DNA of 64,000 nucleotides from Acidobacteriota bacterium (lineage in GTDB: Bacteria; Acidobacteriota; Thermoanaerobaculia; Gp7-AA8), in contig JAFATB010000014.1 of NCBI GenBank assembly GCA_019244185.1, positions 1 to 64,000 of the forward strand, written 5' to 3'. Made by a program: the position numbers and the translations under genes. The notes under the pieces are model-generated. The model saw nothing but the letters and a program-made list of their open reading frames with translations, had not been told where the DNA came from and did not search any database. Positions 42,290 through 51,975 of the stretch are shown piece by piece (positions within the stretch are counted from its first letter, which is position 1; every line of letters begins with the position of its first letter).

Positions 42290-44260
42290 ATGCTCAAGTC
42301 AATGCGGGACAGCTTTCACAAGCTGAAGTGGATTCTCCTCGCGGTCGTCGCGGCATTCGTCTTCGGGTTCGTGTTCATCGACATGGGCCTCGGCCGCGCC
42401 GTCGGCGCGAGCCAGACGGACCAGAACTTCGCCGCGCGCGTCAACGGCGACACGATCAGCACCAGCGAGTACTACCGCGCGCTGAAGAACTACGAGGACA
42501 TGTATCGCCAGATGTACGGCGAACGTTTCACGCCCGAGGCCGCCGAGCAGATGGGCATCCCCAAGCAGGTGCTCGACGCGCTCATCGACCAGCGCCTCCT
42601 CGAGCAGGAAGCCGCGCGCCTGCACCTCACCGCCACGCCGGAAGAGGTCCGCAAGAAGCTGCTGGCGATGCCGACGTTCTCGCCCGACGGGAAGTTCGTG
42701 GGCATGGAGCTGTACACGCGCTACGTCACCGGACCCCTCGGCTATCCGAGCGCCGCCGCGTTCGAAGAACAGCTCGGCCGCGAGATCGCGCTGCAGAAGA
42801 TGGAGAGCGCGCTGACGAGCTCCGTCGTCGTCTCGCCGCAAGCCGCCGACGCGGAGTACCGCCGCGCGAATGAAGCGGCGAAGGTGAAGTTCGTCGTGGT
42901 CGACGCGGCGCAGCAGGCCGCGAACGTGACCGTCACGCCGGCCGAAGTCGAGACGTACTACCGCAACAACCAGGCGAAGTACACGCACGGCGAGCAGCGC
43001 TCGTTCCGCTATCTCCTCGCCGACTACGCGAAGCTGCGCTCGCAGGTCCAGCCGACCGAAGCCGAGCTGCGCCGCCGCTACGAGTCGGTGCGCGACACGG
43101 AGTACAAGTCGCCCGAAGCCGCGCACGTCCTGCACATCCTCGTGAAGGTCGATCCGAAAGCGCCGCCCGCCGTCGACGCCGCCGCGCGCGCGAAAGCGCA
43201 GTCGCTCGTCGCGCAGCTCCGCGCCGGCGCCGACTTTGCGGCGCTCGCGAAGGCCAATTCCGAAGATCCGTCGTCCGCCTCGAACGGCGGCGACATGGGC
43301 TTCGTCGAGCGCGACACGACGGTCGAGCCGTTCGACCGCGCGATCTTCTCGCTGCCGCTGAACACGATCGGCGATCCGATCCGCTCCGCCGAATACGGCT
43401 ATCACATCGTGAAGGTCCTCGCGCGCCGCCCCGGCGGCTACCGCAGCTTCGAGGAAGTGCGCCCCGAGCTCACCGCCCGCGCCGCCGACGAGATGGCGAA
43501 GGAACAGGCGCGCGCGGAGATCAACCGCATCTACACGATCCTCAAGAACAATAAGCCGAAGGACGTGAACACGTTCATCGCGTATGCGAACGACAAGGTG
43601 ACGTCGAACGACAGCGGCTGGTTCGGCCGCGGCGACCAGATCCAGGGCATCGGCGCGAACCCCGTCATCTCGCAGTGGGCGTTCGCGGCGAAGGAAGGCG
43701 ACATGACCCAGCCGTTCGGCACGCCGCGCGGCATCGCCATCCCATATCTCACCGCCACGCGGCCGGCCGGCGTCTCGGCGCTCGCCGACATCCGCGCGAA
43801 GGTCGAGGAAGACGCGCGCATCGAGAAGGCGCGCGCGCTCGCGAAGTCGCAGCTCGCGTCGATGATGACCGGCGTGACGTCGATCGATCAGCTCGCGGCG
43901 AAACTGAACACGCCCGCCCGCGACGGCAACGTGAACCGCCAGGTCGGCGTCTCCGGCCTGCAGGGCGATACGTCCGCGGTGGTCGAGGCGGCGCTCACCG
44001 GCGCGCCCGGCACCGTGATCGGTCCGATCTCCACCGATCAGGGCGCGGTGGCGCTGCAGATCCTCGAGCAGAAGAAGGTGTCGCCGCAGGAAGTCGCGCA
44101 GAACCGCCCGAGCTACATCGAGAACCTGCGCTCGCAGCAGGCGCGCAATCTCCGCGGCTCGCTCGTGAAGCGCCTGCGCAATGCATCGAAGGTCGAAGTG
44201 AACGACGCGGTGCTCGCACCGGCCTCGTCGCAGTCGCAGCAGCAACAGCAGCAGGGTTGA
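42290..44260 (+). CDS. ppiD: Membrane-anchored periplasmic chaperone/parvulin PPIase (PpiD/SurA-like)
   Basis: N-terminal TM, SurA-N-like region, HILVK...DFAALAKANSEDPSSASNGGDMGF...SAEYGYHIVKV. Confidence 0.85.
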   Translation: MLKSMRDSFHKLKWILLAVVAAFVFGFVFIDMGLGRAVGASQTDQNFAARVNGDTISTSEYYRALKNYEDMYRQMYGERFTPEAAEQMGIPKQVLDALIDQRLLEQEAARLHLTATPEEVRKKLLAMPTFSPDGKFVGMELYTRYVTGPLGYPSAAAFEEQLGREIALQKMESALTSSVVVSPQAADAEYRRANEAAKVKFVVVDAAQQAANVTVTPAEVETYYRNNQAKYTHGEQRSFRYLLADYAKLRSQVQPTEAELRRRYESVRDTEYKSPEAAHVLHILVKVDPKAPPAVDAAARAKAQSLVAQLRAGADFAALAKANSEDPSSASNGGDMGFVERDTTVEPFDRAIFSLPLNTIGDPIRSAEYGYHIVKVLARRPGGYRSFEEVRPELTARAADEMAKEQARAEINRIYTILKNNKPKDVNTFIAYANDKVTSNDSGWFGRGDQIQGIGANPVISQWAFAAKEGDMTQPFGTPRGIAIPYLTATRPAGVSALADIRAKVEEDARIEKARALAKSQLASMMTGVTSIDQLAAKLNTPARDGNVNRQVGVSGLQGDTSAVVEAALTGAPGTVIGPISTDQGAVALQILEQKKVSPQEVAQNRPSYIENLRSQQARNLRGSLVKRLRNASKVEVNDAVLAPASSQSQQQQQQG

Positions 44261-44263
44261 TGC

Positions 44264-44668
44264 GTGGGGGACACGCCGGCAAAGTGGGATGAGCCCGCAA
44301 TCCGCGTGCTGATGATGCCGCGCGACACGAACGCGCACGGCACGATCTTCGGCGGCGTGATCCTCTCGTACATCGACCAGGCCGGCGCCATCGAAGCGCG
44401 CCGCCAGGGGCTGAAGTTCATGGTCACCGTGTCGATGGACAAGGTGGTCTTCCACGAGCCCGTGTTCGTCGGCGATCTCGTGAGCTTCTGGACCGAAACC
44501 CTCCGCATCGGCACGACCTCGATCACGACCAAAGTCGTGGTCGAGGCCATCCGCTCCGGCGATCCGTCGAAACGCGTGACCGTGACCGAAGCCCAGGTCG
44601 TCTACGTGAACATCGGCGACGACCGCAAGCCGGCGCCGATCGAGCGCGTGCCGGCGAGCGCGTACTGA
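44264..44668 (+). CDS. Hotdog-fold acyl-CoA thioesterase (YciA-like)
   Basis: [14 protein letters not shown]...IDQAG, PVFVGD, IGTTSI. Confidence 0.92.
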   Translation: MGDTPAKWDEPAIRVLMMPRDTNAHGTIFGGVILSYIDQAGAIEARRQGLKFMVTVSMDKVVFHEPVFVGDLVSFWTETLRIGTTSITTKVVVEAIRSGDPSKRVTVTEAQVVYVNIGDDRKPAPIERVPASAY

Positions 44669-44671
44669 GTC

Positions 44672-44861
44672 GACGAGGGATACCGACCAAGAGCGCCTCC
44701 GGCGGGCCGGCGCGGCCGGCAGCGCTAAGGGCTTAGCCAGTACGCACGTGCGGCTGCAGTCAACGACGTTCACCGCGACCGCACGTGCGTCTAGGCTAGG
44801 CCCTTAGCGCTGCCGGCCGCGCCGGCCCGCCGGAGGCGCTCCCGGTCGGTATCTCCTCGTC
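44672..44861. repeat. About 190-bp near-perfect palindrome (REP-doublet/MITE-like)
   Basis: Arms of about 82 bp, including a perfect GAGCGCCTCCGGCGGGCCGGCGCGGCCGGCAGCGCTAAGGGC and its reverse complement, around a loop of about 25 nt. Confidence 0.9.
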
Positions 44862-46182
44862 ACCTCCGACGCGCGCCACGCATGCGCTCGAGCCGCTCCT
44901 TGATCGCCGCTTCGGCGCCGGCGTCTTTCGGTTCGTAGAAGCGGCGGCCGGCGAGGGAATCGGGGAGGCACTCCATCGCGGTGGTTTGCTCCTCGTAGTC
45001 GTGCGCGTACTGGTAGCCGCGGCCGTAACCGACGTCCTTCATGAGGCGTGTCGGAGCGTTACGGATGTGGAGCGGGACGGGTGGATTGTCGCCTTGCCGG
45101 ACTTCCCGAACCGCTTCTCCGTAGCCGACGTAGGCGGCGTTCGACTTGGGGGACGCGGAGAGATAGGTCACGAGTTGGGCGAGTGCGACGCCGGCTTCCG
45201 GCATGCCGAGGAAGTGCACGGTTTGCTGGACCGCGATCGCGAACACCAGCGCTTGCGGATCCGCGTTCCCGATGTCCTCGGACGCCGCGCGCACGAGGCG
45301 GCGTGCGATGTAGAGCGGGTCCTCGCCGCCTTCCAGCATGCGCACCAGCCAGTACACCGCGGCGTCCGCGTCGCCGTTGCGGAGCGACTTGTGGAGCGCG
45401 GAGATGATGTTGTAGTGCTCCTCGCCCGACTTGTCGTACATGAGCGATCGGCGCTGCAGGATCTCTTTGACTTTCGCGACGTCGATCGGGCTGTCGTCGC
45501 GTGAGGCGGTCTCCGCGACGAGCTGCAGGCTCGTGAGCGCCTGGCGCGCGTCGCCGGCGGAGGTCGCGGCGACGAAGTCGAGCGCGTCGTGCGTGAGCTC
45601 GATGCCGAACTTCTCGACGGTGGGGTGGTGCACCGCGCGTTCAACGATCGCGAGGACCTGTTCGCGTTCGAGCGGCGGGATCACGACGACCTTCGCGCGC
45701 GAGAGCAGCGCCGAGTTCACCTCGAAGGACGGATTCTCGGTCGTCGCGCCGATGAGGACGATGTCGCCGGCTTCGACGTAGGGGAGAAACGCGTCCTGTT
45801 GCGCCTTGTTGAAGCGGTGGATCTCGTCGATGAAGACGATCGTCTTCGCGCTGCGCGTCTGACGCGAGCGGCGGGCCTCTTCCATCAGCGCCTTGATGTC
45901 CTTGATCGAGCTCGAGGTCGCGGAGAACGTCACGAAGCGCGCGCGGGTCGTCTTCGCGATGATGCGCGCGAGGGTCGTCTTTCCGGAGCCCGGCGGACCC
46001 CAGAAGATCATCGACGGGATGCGGTCGTTCTCGATCGCGTTGCGGAGGAACTTCCCCTTGCCGAGGAGATCGTCGAGGCCGACGACGTCATCGAGGGAGG
46101 AGGGGCGGAGGCGTTCGGCGAGCGGCGCGTCAGCGCGGACGGGAGGATCGGGCGGCGCGGTATCGAAGAGGGAGCCGGTCAT
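44860..46182 (-). CDS. rarA: Replication-associated recombination protein A (RarA/MgsA)
   Basis: PLAERLRP, WGPPGSGKTT, IDEIHRFNKAQQD, GATTENPSF, YDKSGEEHYNIISALHKS; start probably ATG 46182. Confidence 0.97.
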   Translation of the reverse strand: MTGSLFDTAPPDPPVRADAPLAERLRPSSLDDVVGLDDLLGKGKFLRNAIENDRIPSMIFWGPPGSGKTTLARIIAKTTRARFVTFSATSSSIKDIKALMEEARRSRQTRSAKTIVFIDEIHRFNKAQQDAFLPYVEAGDIVLIGATTENPSFEVNSALLSRAKVVVIPPLEREQVLAIVERAVHHPTVEKFGIELTHDALDFVAATSAGDARQALTSLQLVAETASRDDSPIDVAKVKEILQRRSLMYDKSGEEHYNIISALHKSLRNGDADAAVYWLVRMLEGGEDPLYIARRLVRAASEDIGNADPQALVFAIAVQQTVHFLGMPEAGVALAQLVTYLSASPKSNAAYVGYGEAVREVRQGDNPPVPLHIRNAPTRLMKDVGYGRGYQYAHDYEEQTTAMECLPDSLAGRRFYEPKDAGAEAAIKERLERMRGARRR

Positions 46183-46194
46183 GAGGCGAGAAGC

Positions 46195-46297
46195 GAATGA
46201 AGAACGCAGAACGCAGAATGAAGAATTGAGAAACGCGCGCGCGCAGCGCGCCACCACAATTCTTCATTCTTCATTCTGCGTTCTTCATTCTTCATTC
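46195..46297. repeat. Inverted heptamer-repeat element (GAATGAA/GAACGCA)n ... (TTCATTC/TGCGTTC)n
   Basis: Left arm is 4 heptamers + GAATTG (46195-46228); right arm is CAATTC + 5 heptamers (46257-46297). Confidence 0.88.
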
Positions 46298-47255
46298 AAC
46301 ACAGAATCGAAAAGTCGAGGTTTCCGCCGCTGACCATGATGGCGACCGGGCCGCGCGGCTTGATCGCGCCGTTGAGGAGTGCGGCGATGCCGAGGGCGCC
46401 GGTCGGCTCGATGACGAGCTTCGTGCGGTACATCGCCCACTTGGTCGTCTCGAGGAGAACGTCGTCGTCGACGGTGACGATGTCGCGGACGCGTTCGCGG
46501 ATGATGGCGAAGTTGCGCTCGCCGATGTGGAGCGTCCGCGCACCGTCGGCGATCGTCTTCGGCGGCTCGATGGTCACGATGCGGCCGGTGCGGAACGACT
46601 GCTGGCCGTCGTTGCCGGCGGCGGGCTCGACTCCGTAGATGTCGATCGATGGATGGACGGAGGTCGTGCCGAGCGCCGTTCCGGAGAGAAGTCCGCCGCC
46701 GCCGAGCGGCGTGATGATGGTCGTGACATCGGGCCACTCGTCGACGATCTCGAGGCCCGCGGTGCCGGCGCCGGCGATGATGCGCTCGTCGTCGAACGGC
46801 GGGATCACGGAGGCGCCGTTCTTCTCGGCGATCTCGCGCGCGATCGTGTCGCGCGTGGCGGCGGTGACGCCCGCCTGCACGACTGTCGCGCCGTAGGCTT
46901 CCGTTGCCGCCACTTTCGACGCCACCGAATTCTCCGGCATCACGATCGTCGCGGGGATGCCGAGCGTCCGTGCGGCGAGGGCGACGCCCTGCGCGTGATT
47001 GCCGGACGAGAAGGCGACGACGCCGTGCTTCCGCTGCGCTTCATCGAGCTGCAGCAGCGCGTTCATCGCGCCGCGGATCTTGAAGGACCCCGCGCGCTGG
47101 AGGTTCTCGCATTTGAGGCGGACTTCGACGCCGGCGCGTTCCGAAAGCGAGCGGCTCGGCAGCAGCGGCGTGCGGTGAATGTGCGTGCGAATGCGCTCCG
47201 CGGCGGCGCGGATGTCGGCTAAGTCGATTGTGCTGCTGACGTTTGGCGAACTCAC
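46296..47255 (-). CDS. PLP-dependent serine/threonine dehydratase / racemase family protein (no regulatory domain)
   Basis: KCENLQRAGSFKIRGA, SSGNHAQG, GGGGLLSG, TIADG, SGGNLD. Confidence 0.92.
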   Translation of the reverse strand: MSSPNVSSTIDLADIRAAAERIRTHIHRTPLLPSRSLSERAGVEVRLKCENLQRAGSFKIRGAMNALLQLDEAQRKHGVVAFSSGNHAQGVALAARTLGIPATIVMPENSVASKVAATEAYGATVVQAGVTAATRDTIAREIAEKNGASVIPPFDDERIIAGAGTAGLEIVDEWPDVTTIITPLGGGGLLSGTALGTTSVHPSIDIYGVEPAAGNDGQQSFRTGRIVTIEPPKTIADGARTLHIGERNFAIIRERVRDIVTVDDDVLLETTKWAMYRTKLVIEPTGALGIAALLNGAIKPRGPVAIMVSGGNLDFSILC

Positions 47256-47365
47256 CTGCCGTAGTATAAACTCGCGTCGATTATTTGATTTCTCGAATCG
47301 AGCGGCGTAGATCGTCGGCGTGATCCGCTGACACCAAGGTCATCTTCGGGTTGGAGGTTGGGGTT

Positions 47366-48967
47366 ATGTGGAGATGGGTTACCCGCGGCCTGGTACTCAC
47401 CTTTGTTGCGGCGCTGTCCGCGCCGGCACTTTTCGCGCAGACATTTACGTTCACCGGTGACGTCGATCGCCCCGATCCGGCGAAGACGCAATCGGGCATC
47501 ATCGAGGTCCGCGGCTGGGCGCTCGATCCCGGTCAGATCTCGCGCATCGAGCTCTGGGTCGACGACCAGTTCAAGCAGAACGCGGTGATGTTCCTCCCGC
47601 GCATCGACGTCGAGCAGGCGTTCCCCGACTGGCCCGGCATCCACACCGCCCGCCCCGGCTTCATCACCGGCTTCCATACCACCGACGGTCCGCACACGAT
47701 CGAGATGCGGATCTATACGCAGGACGGCCAGGTCCACTTCCTCGGCCGCCGCGTCATCAACGTCAACAACAGCATCAACCAGCCGCCGTTCGGCTTCGTC
47801 GACATCCCCGACGGCAACGGCGTCTACAACGTGTCCGGCGCGTTCCCGGTGAACGGCTGGGCCGCGGACCTCGACGGCGTGCAGAAGGTCGAGGTGCTGA
47901 TGGACGACGGCGTGCTGCAGGGCGCCGTCTACGGCGACGCGCGTCCCGACGTCGCCGCGACGTATCCCGACTTTCCCGCCGCGGCCTTCAGCGGCTGGGT
48001 CGCGAACGTCGACACCACGCGCATCGAGAACGGCCCGCACACGCTCACCGTGCGCGTGACCGATCGCAATGGCGTCCCGGCGCTCATCGGGCGCCGCACG
48101 GTACAGGTCATCAACAACGACAACTTCCTCAAGCCGTTCGGCTTCATCGACGAGCCGCAGCGCGACGCGGTGCTCTACGGCACGCTGTGCGGCGAAGGCG
48201 ATCAGGGCGGCCCGATCGTGTCGCCGCCGATCCGTCCCACCGCGCACATCACGCCGGTCCGCGGCTGGGCACTCGACCTCGGCACGCGCGAGAACACCGG
48301 CCGCGTCGCGTACGCCGAGCTCCTCGTCGACGGCGTGCGCTGGCTCTCGACCAACAACTGCGGCGTCGTCGAAGGGGAGTTCGCGAACTGCTACGGCCTC
48401 CCGCGCTTCGACGTCGCCAAGTACTACCCGTCGTTCCCCGACGCGCCGCGCTCCGGCTATCTCTTCACGCTCGACGTCGGCGCGCTGCTGAACCTCGGCG
48501 TACGCCCCGGCAATCACACGCTTTCCGTTCGCGTCGGCGATCGCGAGGGCACGTTCTCCGAGATCCCGAACGCCGACGGCATCCCGGTCTTCTTCCAGTG
48601 CGCGGAATCGACGCTGCACTTCCCGGCGCAGGGATTCATCGAGTTCCCGGCGAACTTCGACTACGTCGGCGGCACGGTGGTCTTCCGCGGCTGGGCGCTG
48701 ACCGAGGGACCGGCCGACGTCGTGATCGGCGTGGAGCTGTTCGTCGACGGCACGTTCGTCGGCACCGCGCAGTACGGCTTCCCGCGCACGGACGTCGAGG
48801 ATCAGTTCCCGTTCATCACCGGATCGCTCAACTCCGGCTGGATGTTCCAGATGGACACGCGCATTCTTCCGAACTCGCGCCACCAGCTCACGGCGGTAGC
48901 GGTCGACAACCGCGGCACGCGCACGATCATCGGCTCGAGCTACTTCTACACCGAGAACAACAACTAG
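47366..48967 (+). CDS. Secreted protein with four tandem Ig-like repeats
   Basis: Signal peptide; four repeats of G.(V/I)D.P...GWA(L).....R.DV...(F/Y)P....G...D....G.H.L. Confidence 0.8.
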   Translation: MWRWVTRGLVLTFVAALSAPALFAQTFTFTGDVDRPDPAKTQSGIIEVRGWALDPGQISRIELWVDDQFKQNAVMFLPRIDVEQAFPDWPGIHTARPGFITGFHTTDGPHTIEMRIYTQDGQVHFLGRRVINVNNSINQPPFGFVDIPDGNGVYNVSGAFPVNGWAADLDGVQKVEVLMDDGVLQGAVYGDARPDVAATYPDFPAAAFSGWVANVDTTRIENGPHTLTVRVTDRNGVPALIGRRTVQVINNDNFLKPFGFIDEPQRDAVLYGTLCGEGDQGGPIVSPPIRPTAHITPVRGWALDLGTRENTGRVAYAELLVDGVRWLSTNNCGVVEGEFANCYGLPRFDVAKYYPSFPDAPRSGYLFTLDVGALLNLGVRPGNHTLSVRVGDREGTFSEIPNADGIPVFFQCAESTLHFPAQGFIEFPANFDYVGGTVVFRGWALTEGPADVVIGVELFVDGTFVGTAQYGFPRTDVEDQFPFITGSLNSGWMFQMDTRILPNSRHQLTAVAVDNRGTRTIIGSSYFYTENNN

Positions 48968-48990
48968 CTCGCGCGCAACACTCGAGACGC

Positions 48991-49023
48991 GAAAAAGCCC
49001 GGCGCGTTGCGCCGGGCTTTTTC
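48991..49023. terminator. Bidirectional intrinsic terminator
   Basis: GAAAAAGCCCGGCGC-GTT-GCGCCGGGCTTTTTC between convergent genes. Confidence 0.88.
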
Positions 49024-49033
49024 ATTTGCGGAG

Positions 49034-51925
49034 CTAGAAGAGCTTGAGGAAGACGACGTTCGCGACGAAGCCGTCCTGCGCGTTGCGGCCGATGGTCTTG
49101 CCGATGTCGAGGCGCAGCAGCGTGCCGTACGGGCCGACGGTCTGCCCCGCGATGCCGAGACCCTGGAACGGCTCGCGGCGCAAGCCGGCGCTCGCGTCGT
49201 CGACGACGGCGTGGTCGTAGAACGCCTCCATGCGGAACTGCTCGGAGAAGACGAAGCCGTACGAGAGGTGACCGAGGATCGCGCGCTCGGCGCGGACGGA
49301 GCCGGATTCGACGCCGTGCACGCGCTGCGCGCCGAAGAAGCCGAGCTCGTACTTCGAGAAGCGGTCGAGACGCGTGCCGTCGAGATAGTTCACGTCGACG
49401 CCGATACGCTGGAACTTCGGCAGGTAAAAGCTCTTGCCGATCGACGCGCCGAAATGCGCGAACGACTTCTGGGCCGGGTCGTATTCGGAGATGCCCGGCG
49501 CGCCCCACGGCTCCCATTCGCTGCGGCGGTTGTAGTCGTAGTACGCGGAGGCGCTGTAGCCGTGCCGCGCGTACTGCGCGCTCACGGACGGCGAGAAGAC
49601 GAACGTGTCCGACGGGATGACGAAGTCGGCCGCGGTGTCTTCCGCGCGCTGATACGTGAAGTGCGCGATGCCGAGGGACGCGTCGATCTTGCCGAAGCCG
49701 AAGACGGGATGTCCCGCGCGCAGCGTGAGCGACGCCGGCAGCGTTTTCACCGCTTCGGACGGCTGCTCCTCGCCGTTGCGGAACATCGTGTTCTGGAACG
49801 GCACCGCGAGGCCGAAGAAGTCGGCGCCGACGTTCGTGCGCGTGTTGCCGACGTTCGGATCGGTGGCATTCGCGGCCACGATCACGCCCGCGAAAAAGAC
49901 ATTGGTCTGAATGCCGCGATTGAGCAGGTTGAAGTTGAAGTAGTCGATGCCGCCGAGCGGGACGACCGGGTAGTCGAGACCGGCGTCGTGATGGATGCCG
50001 CCGAGCATGAAGAGGCGCGACGTGTCGAAGCCTTCCTTCACCTCGCGCGTGCCGTCGCCGCGCTTCTCGAGGTAGCGCATGCCCTCCGGCGTCTCACGCA
50101 CCATGCGCGCTTCCGACGCGGACGCCTCGGCGTGCAGGCGGTCGTACTCCGGCGGATCGAGCCGGTAGTTGGTGAAGTCGGTCGCGCGCTCGACGACGCT
50201 CGCGCGGCCGGCGGCGGAGATCACCTGCTGCGCGTGCACGTCGGACGGCAGCCAGACGATCAAACGCGGATCGGACTTCGCGACGTCGGCGGCGCTGAGC
50301 GGCTCGTGCGTGACGCTCGCGAACGGCGCGAAGTCGACGCGCTCTTCGTTCGACAGCACTTCGCCCGTGAGATGCAGTTGCACCGTCGCGACGCGGATGC
50401 GCGCCCACGTCCGCGCATCGATGAAGACGGTGCCGCGGTACAACGGTAGGTCGGCCGGTGCATTCGGCGGCGGCTCGAAGCGAACTTCGTAGACGTGATA
50501 GCCGTTCAGCTCCGTCTCGCGCACGAGCTCGTAGCGGTAGTCGTTGGTCAGATGGATGTCGAGCGGCAGCTGCGCGACTTTCTCCGGCTGGATGAGCGGC
50601 AGCTCGGGGATGCGCCCGTACTTCCACTTCACGCCGTTGATGTAGAAGTCCTGCCAGACCCAGTCCGAGCTGCCGTGCGGGTCGGAGAAGTAGTCGCCGG
50701 CGATGGTGGCCTCGATTGCGTCGGCGCCGCTGCCGATGTCGAAGCGCAGCTTGGTCGTGTTGCGCGCAATCGTGCGCGGCACGAGGGTGTCCTGATAGGC
50801 GCGGTACGCCTGATGGTTGCGGATGATCTCTTCGACCGAGATGCCGCGCTGCGTGGCGACGCTGATCGATTCCTTCGTGACGTTGTGCTCCGGCTTCTCC
50901 GCGTGCTCGACGAGCACCGCGTACGGCGCGGTCGTCGCCGGCGTGCCGACGAGCAGGCGTCCGTTCTTCTGTCCCGTGTCGGTGATCGCGCGCTCGCCCG
51001 CGGCGTCGATGCGGCGCGGCGTCGTGTAGCGCTCGCCCGGCAGCGCGAGGATCGACGCGGACGCGGCGTCGCCGCGTGCGACGAGCAGCGTGCGCAGGTC
51101 TTCGCCGCGCACGAACGTGAGCACCGGCATGTCGATGCTGTTGCCTTTCGCATCGAGCACCGCGGTCTTGGACGTCGAGTCGAACGCCCAGTCGCCGGTC
51201 ATGGTGCGGTTGAACTGCGCGAGCGCACGCGCGTCGGCGGGGCCGGATGCGTACGCGCGCGACGCGCCGGCGGCGAGCGCCTGCGCGAGATCGAACAGAG
51301 GATTCGGCGACTGCAGGGCGGTGACGGCGTAGATCTTCTTCGAAGGATCGTGCTCGGCCAGCGTTGCCAGTGTGATCGGAACGTACTGCGCATAGACGAC
51401 GACCGCGTCAAAGTACGAGCCGGCGCCGCTCTCGAACGCGTCGATCAACTCGGAGTGGTCGTGCAGCTCCATGCTCACGTTCGCATACATCGCGTTGCGG
51501 TTGTCGAAGAGGATGCGCTGCGCCGCCTGTTGTCCCTGGGCCATCACCGAGAGCCGTTTCGTGGCGTAGGCGACGAGCGCCGGATCGGTGCTGTCGATAT
51601 GCACGCCGATCGCGTCGAACGGGCCGTGCGCCTTCGCCCAGTCGACGATCGCTTTCGTCTTCTGTTCGACGTCGTCGACGTTCGCGGCTTTGTAGTCGAT
51701 GACGACGGCGACGTTCGCGGCATTGGCCGCGGCATACGTCGCGTAGTTGCTCTCATCGAGCCGGACGAGCGCCGGCGCGACGACGCCGTCGCCACCGAGC
51801 TGGCCGACGCAGAGCGTGCAGGCGCCCGGCGTCTGCGAGGGTGCGGGCGTCTGCGCCAGCGCGGCCGGTGGGACGCCAATTTGCAAAAGCGGGACGAGCA
51901 GTAGAAGGAAGGACAGTTTTTTCAT
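49034..51925 (-). CDS. Large secreted multidomain protein with probable C-terminal outer-membrane beta-barrel
   Basis: Signal peptide MKKLSFLLLL; C-terminal ~330 aa of amphipathic strands ending VFLKLF (terminal Phe). Confidence 0.75.
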   Translation of the reverse strand: MKKLSFLLLLVPLLQIGVPPAALAQTPAPSQTPGACTLCVGQLGGDGVVAPALVRLDESNYATYAAANAANVAVVIDYKAANVDDVEQKTKAIVDWAKAHGPFDAIGVHIDSTDPALVAYATKRLSVMAQGQQAAQRILFDNRNAMYANVSMELHDHSELIDAFESGAGSYFDAVVVYAQYVPITLATLAEHDPSKKIYAVTALQSPNPLFDLAQALAAGASRAYASGPADARALAQFNRTMTGDWAFDSTSKTAVLDAKGNSIDMPVLTFVRGEDLRTLLVARGDAASASILALPGERYTTPRRIDAAGERAITDTGQKNGRLLVGTPATTAPYAVLVEHAEKPEHNVTKESISVATQRGISVEEIIRNHQAYRAYQDTLVPRTIARNTTKLRFDIGSGADAIEATIAGDYFSDPHGSSDWVWQDFYINGVKWKYGRIPELPLIQPEKVAQLPLDIHLTNDYRYELVRETELNGYHVYEVRFEPPPNAPADLPLYRGTVFIDARTWARIRVATVQLHLTGEVLSNEERVDFAPFASVTHEPLSAADVAKSDPRLIVWLPSDVHAQQVISAAGRASVVERATDFTNYRLDPPEYDRLHAEASASEARMVRETPEGMRYLEKRGDGTREVKEGFDTSRLFMLGGIHHDAGLDYPVVPLGGIDYFNFNLLNRGIQTNVFFAGVIVAANATDPNVGNTRTNVGADFFGLAVPFQNTMFRNGEEQPSEAVKTLPASLTLRAGHPVFGFGKIDASLGIAHFTYQRAEDTAADFVIPSDTFVFSPSVSAQYARHGYSASAYYDYNRRSEWEPWGAPGISEYDPAQKSFAHFGASIGKSFYLPKFQRIGVDVNYLDGTRLDRFSKYELGFFGAQRVHGVESGSVRAERAILGHLSYGFVFSEQFRMEAFYDHAVVDDASAGLRREPFQGLGIAGQTVGPYGTLLRLDIGKTIGRNAQDGFVANVVFLKLF

Positions 51926-51975
51926 GAGATTCCGCGTATTTCCGGCGTTTTTCAACGCCGTGGCGTGAGCTGAAA

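Noticed and set aside
42299-44773. 824-aa minus-strand ORF (also the 832-aa + strand ORF at 55041-57539)
   Set aside because: Antisense to well-supported genes (ppiD/thioesterase and the hydroxylase-sulfotransferase fusion).
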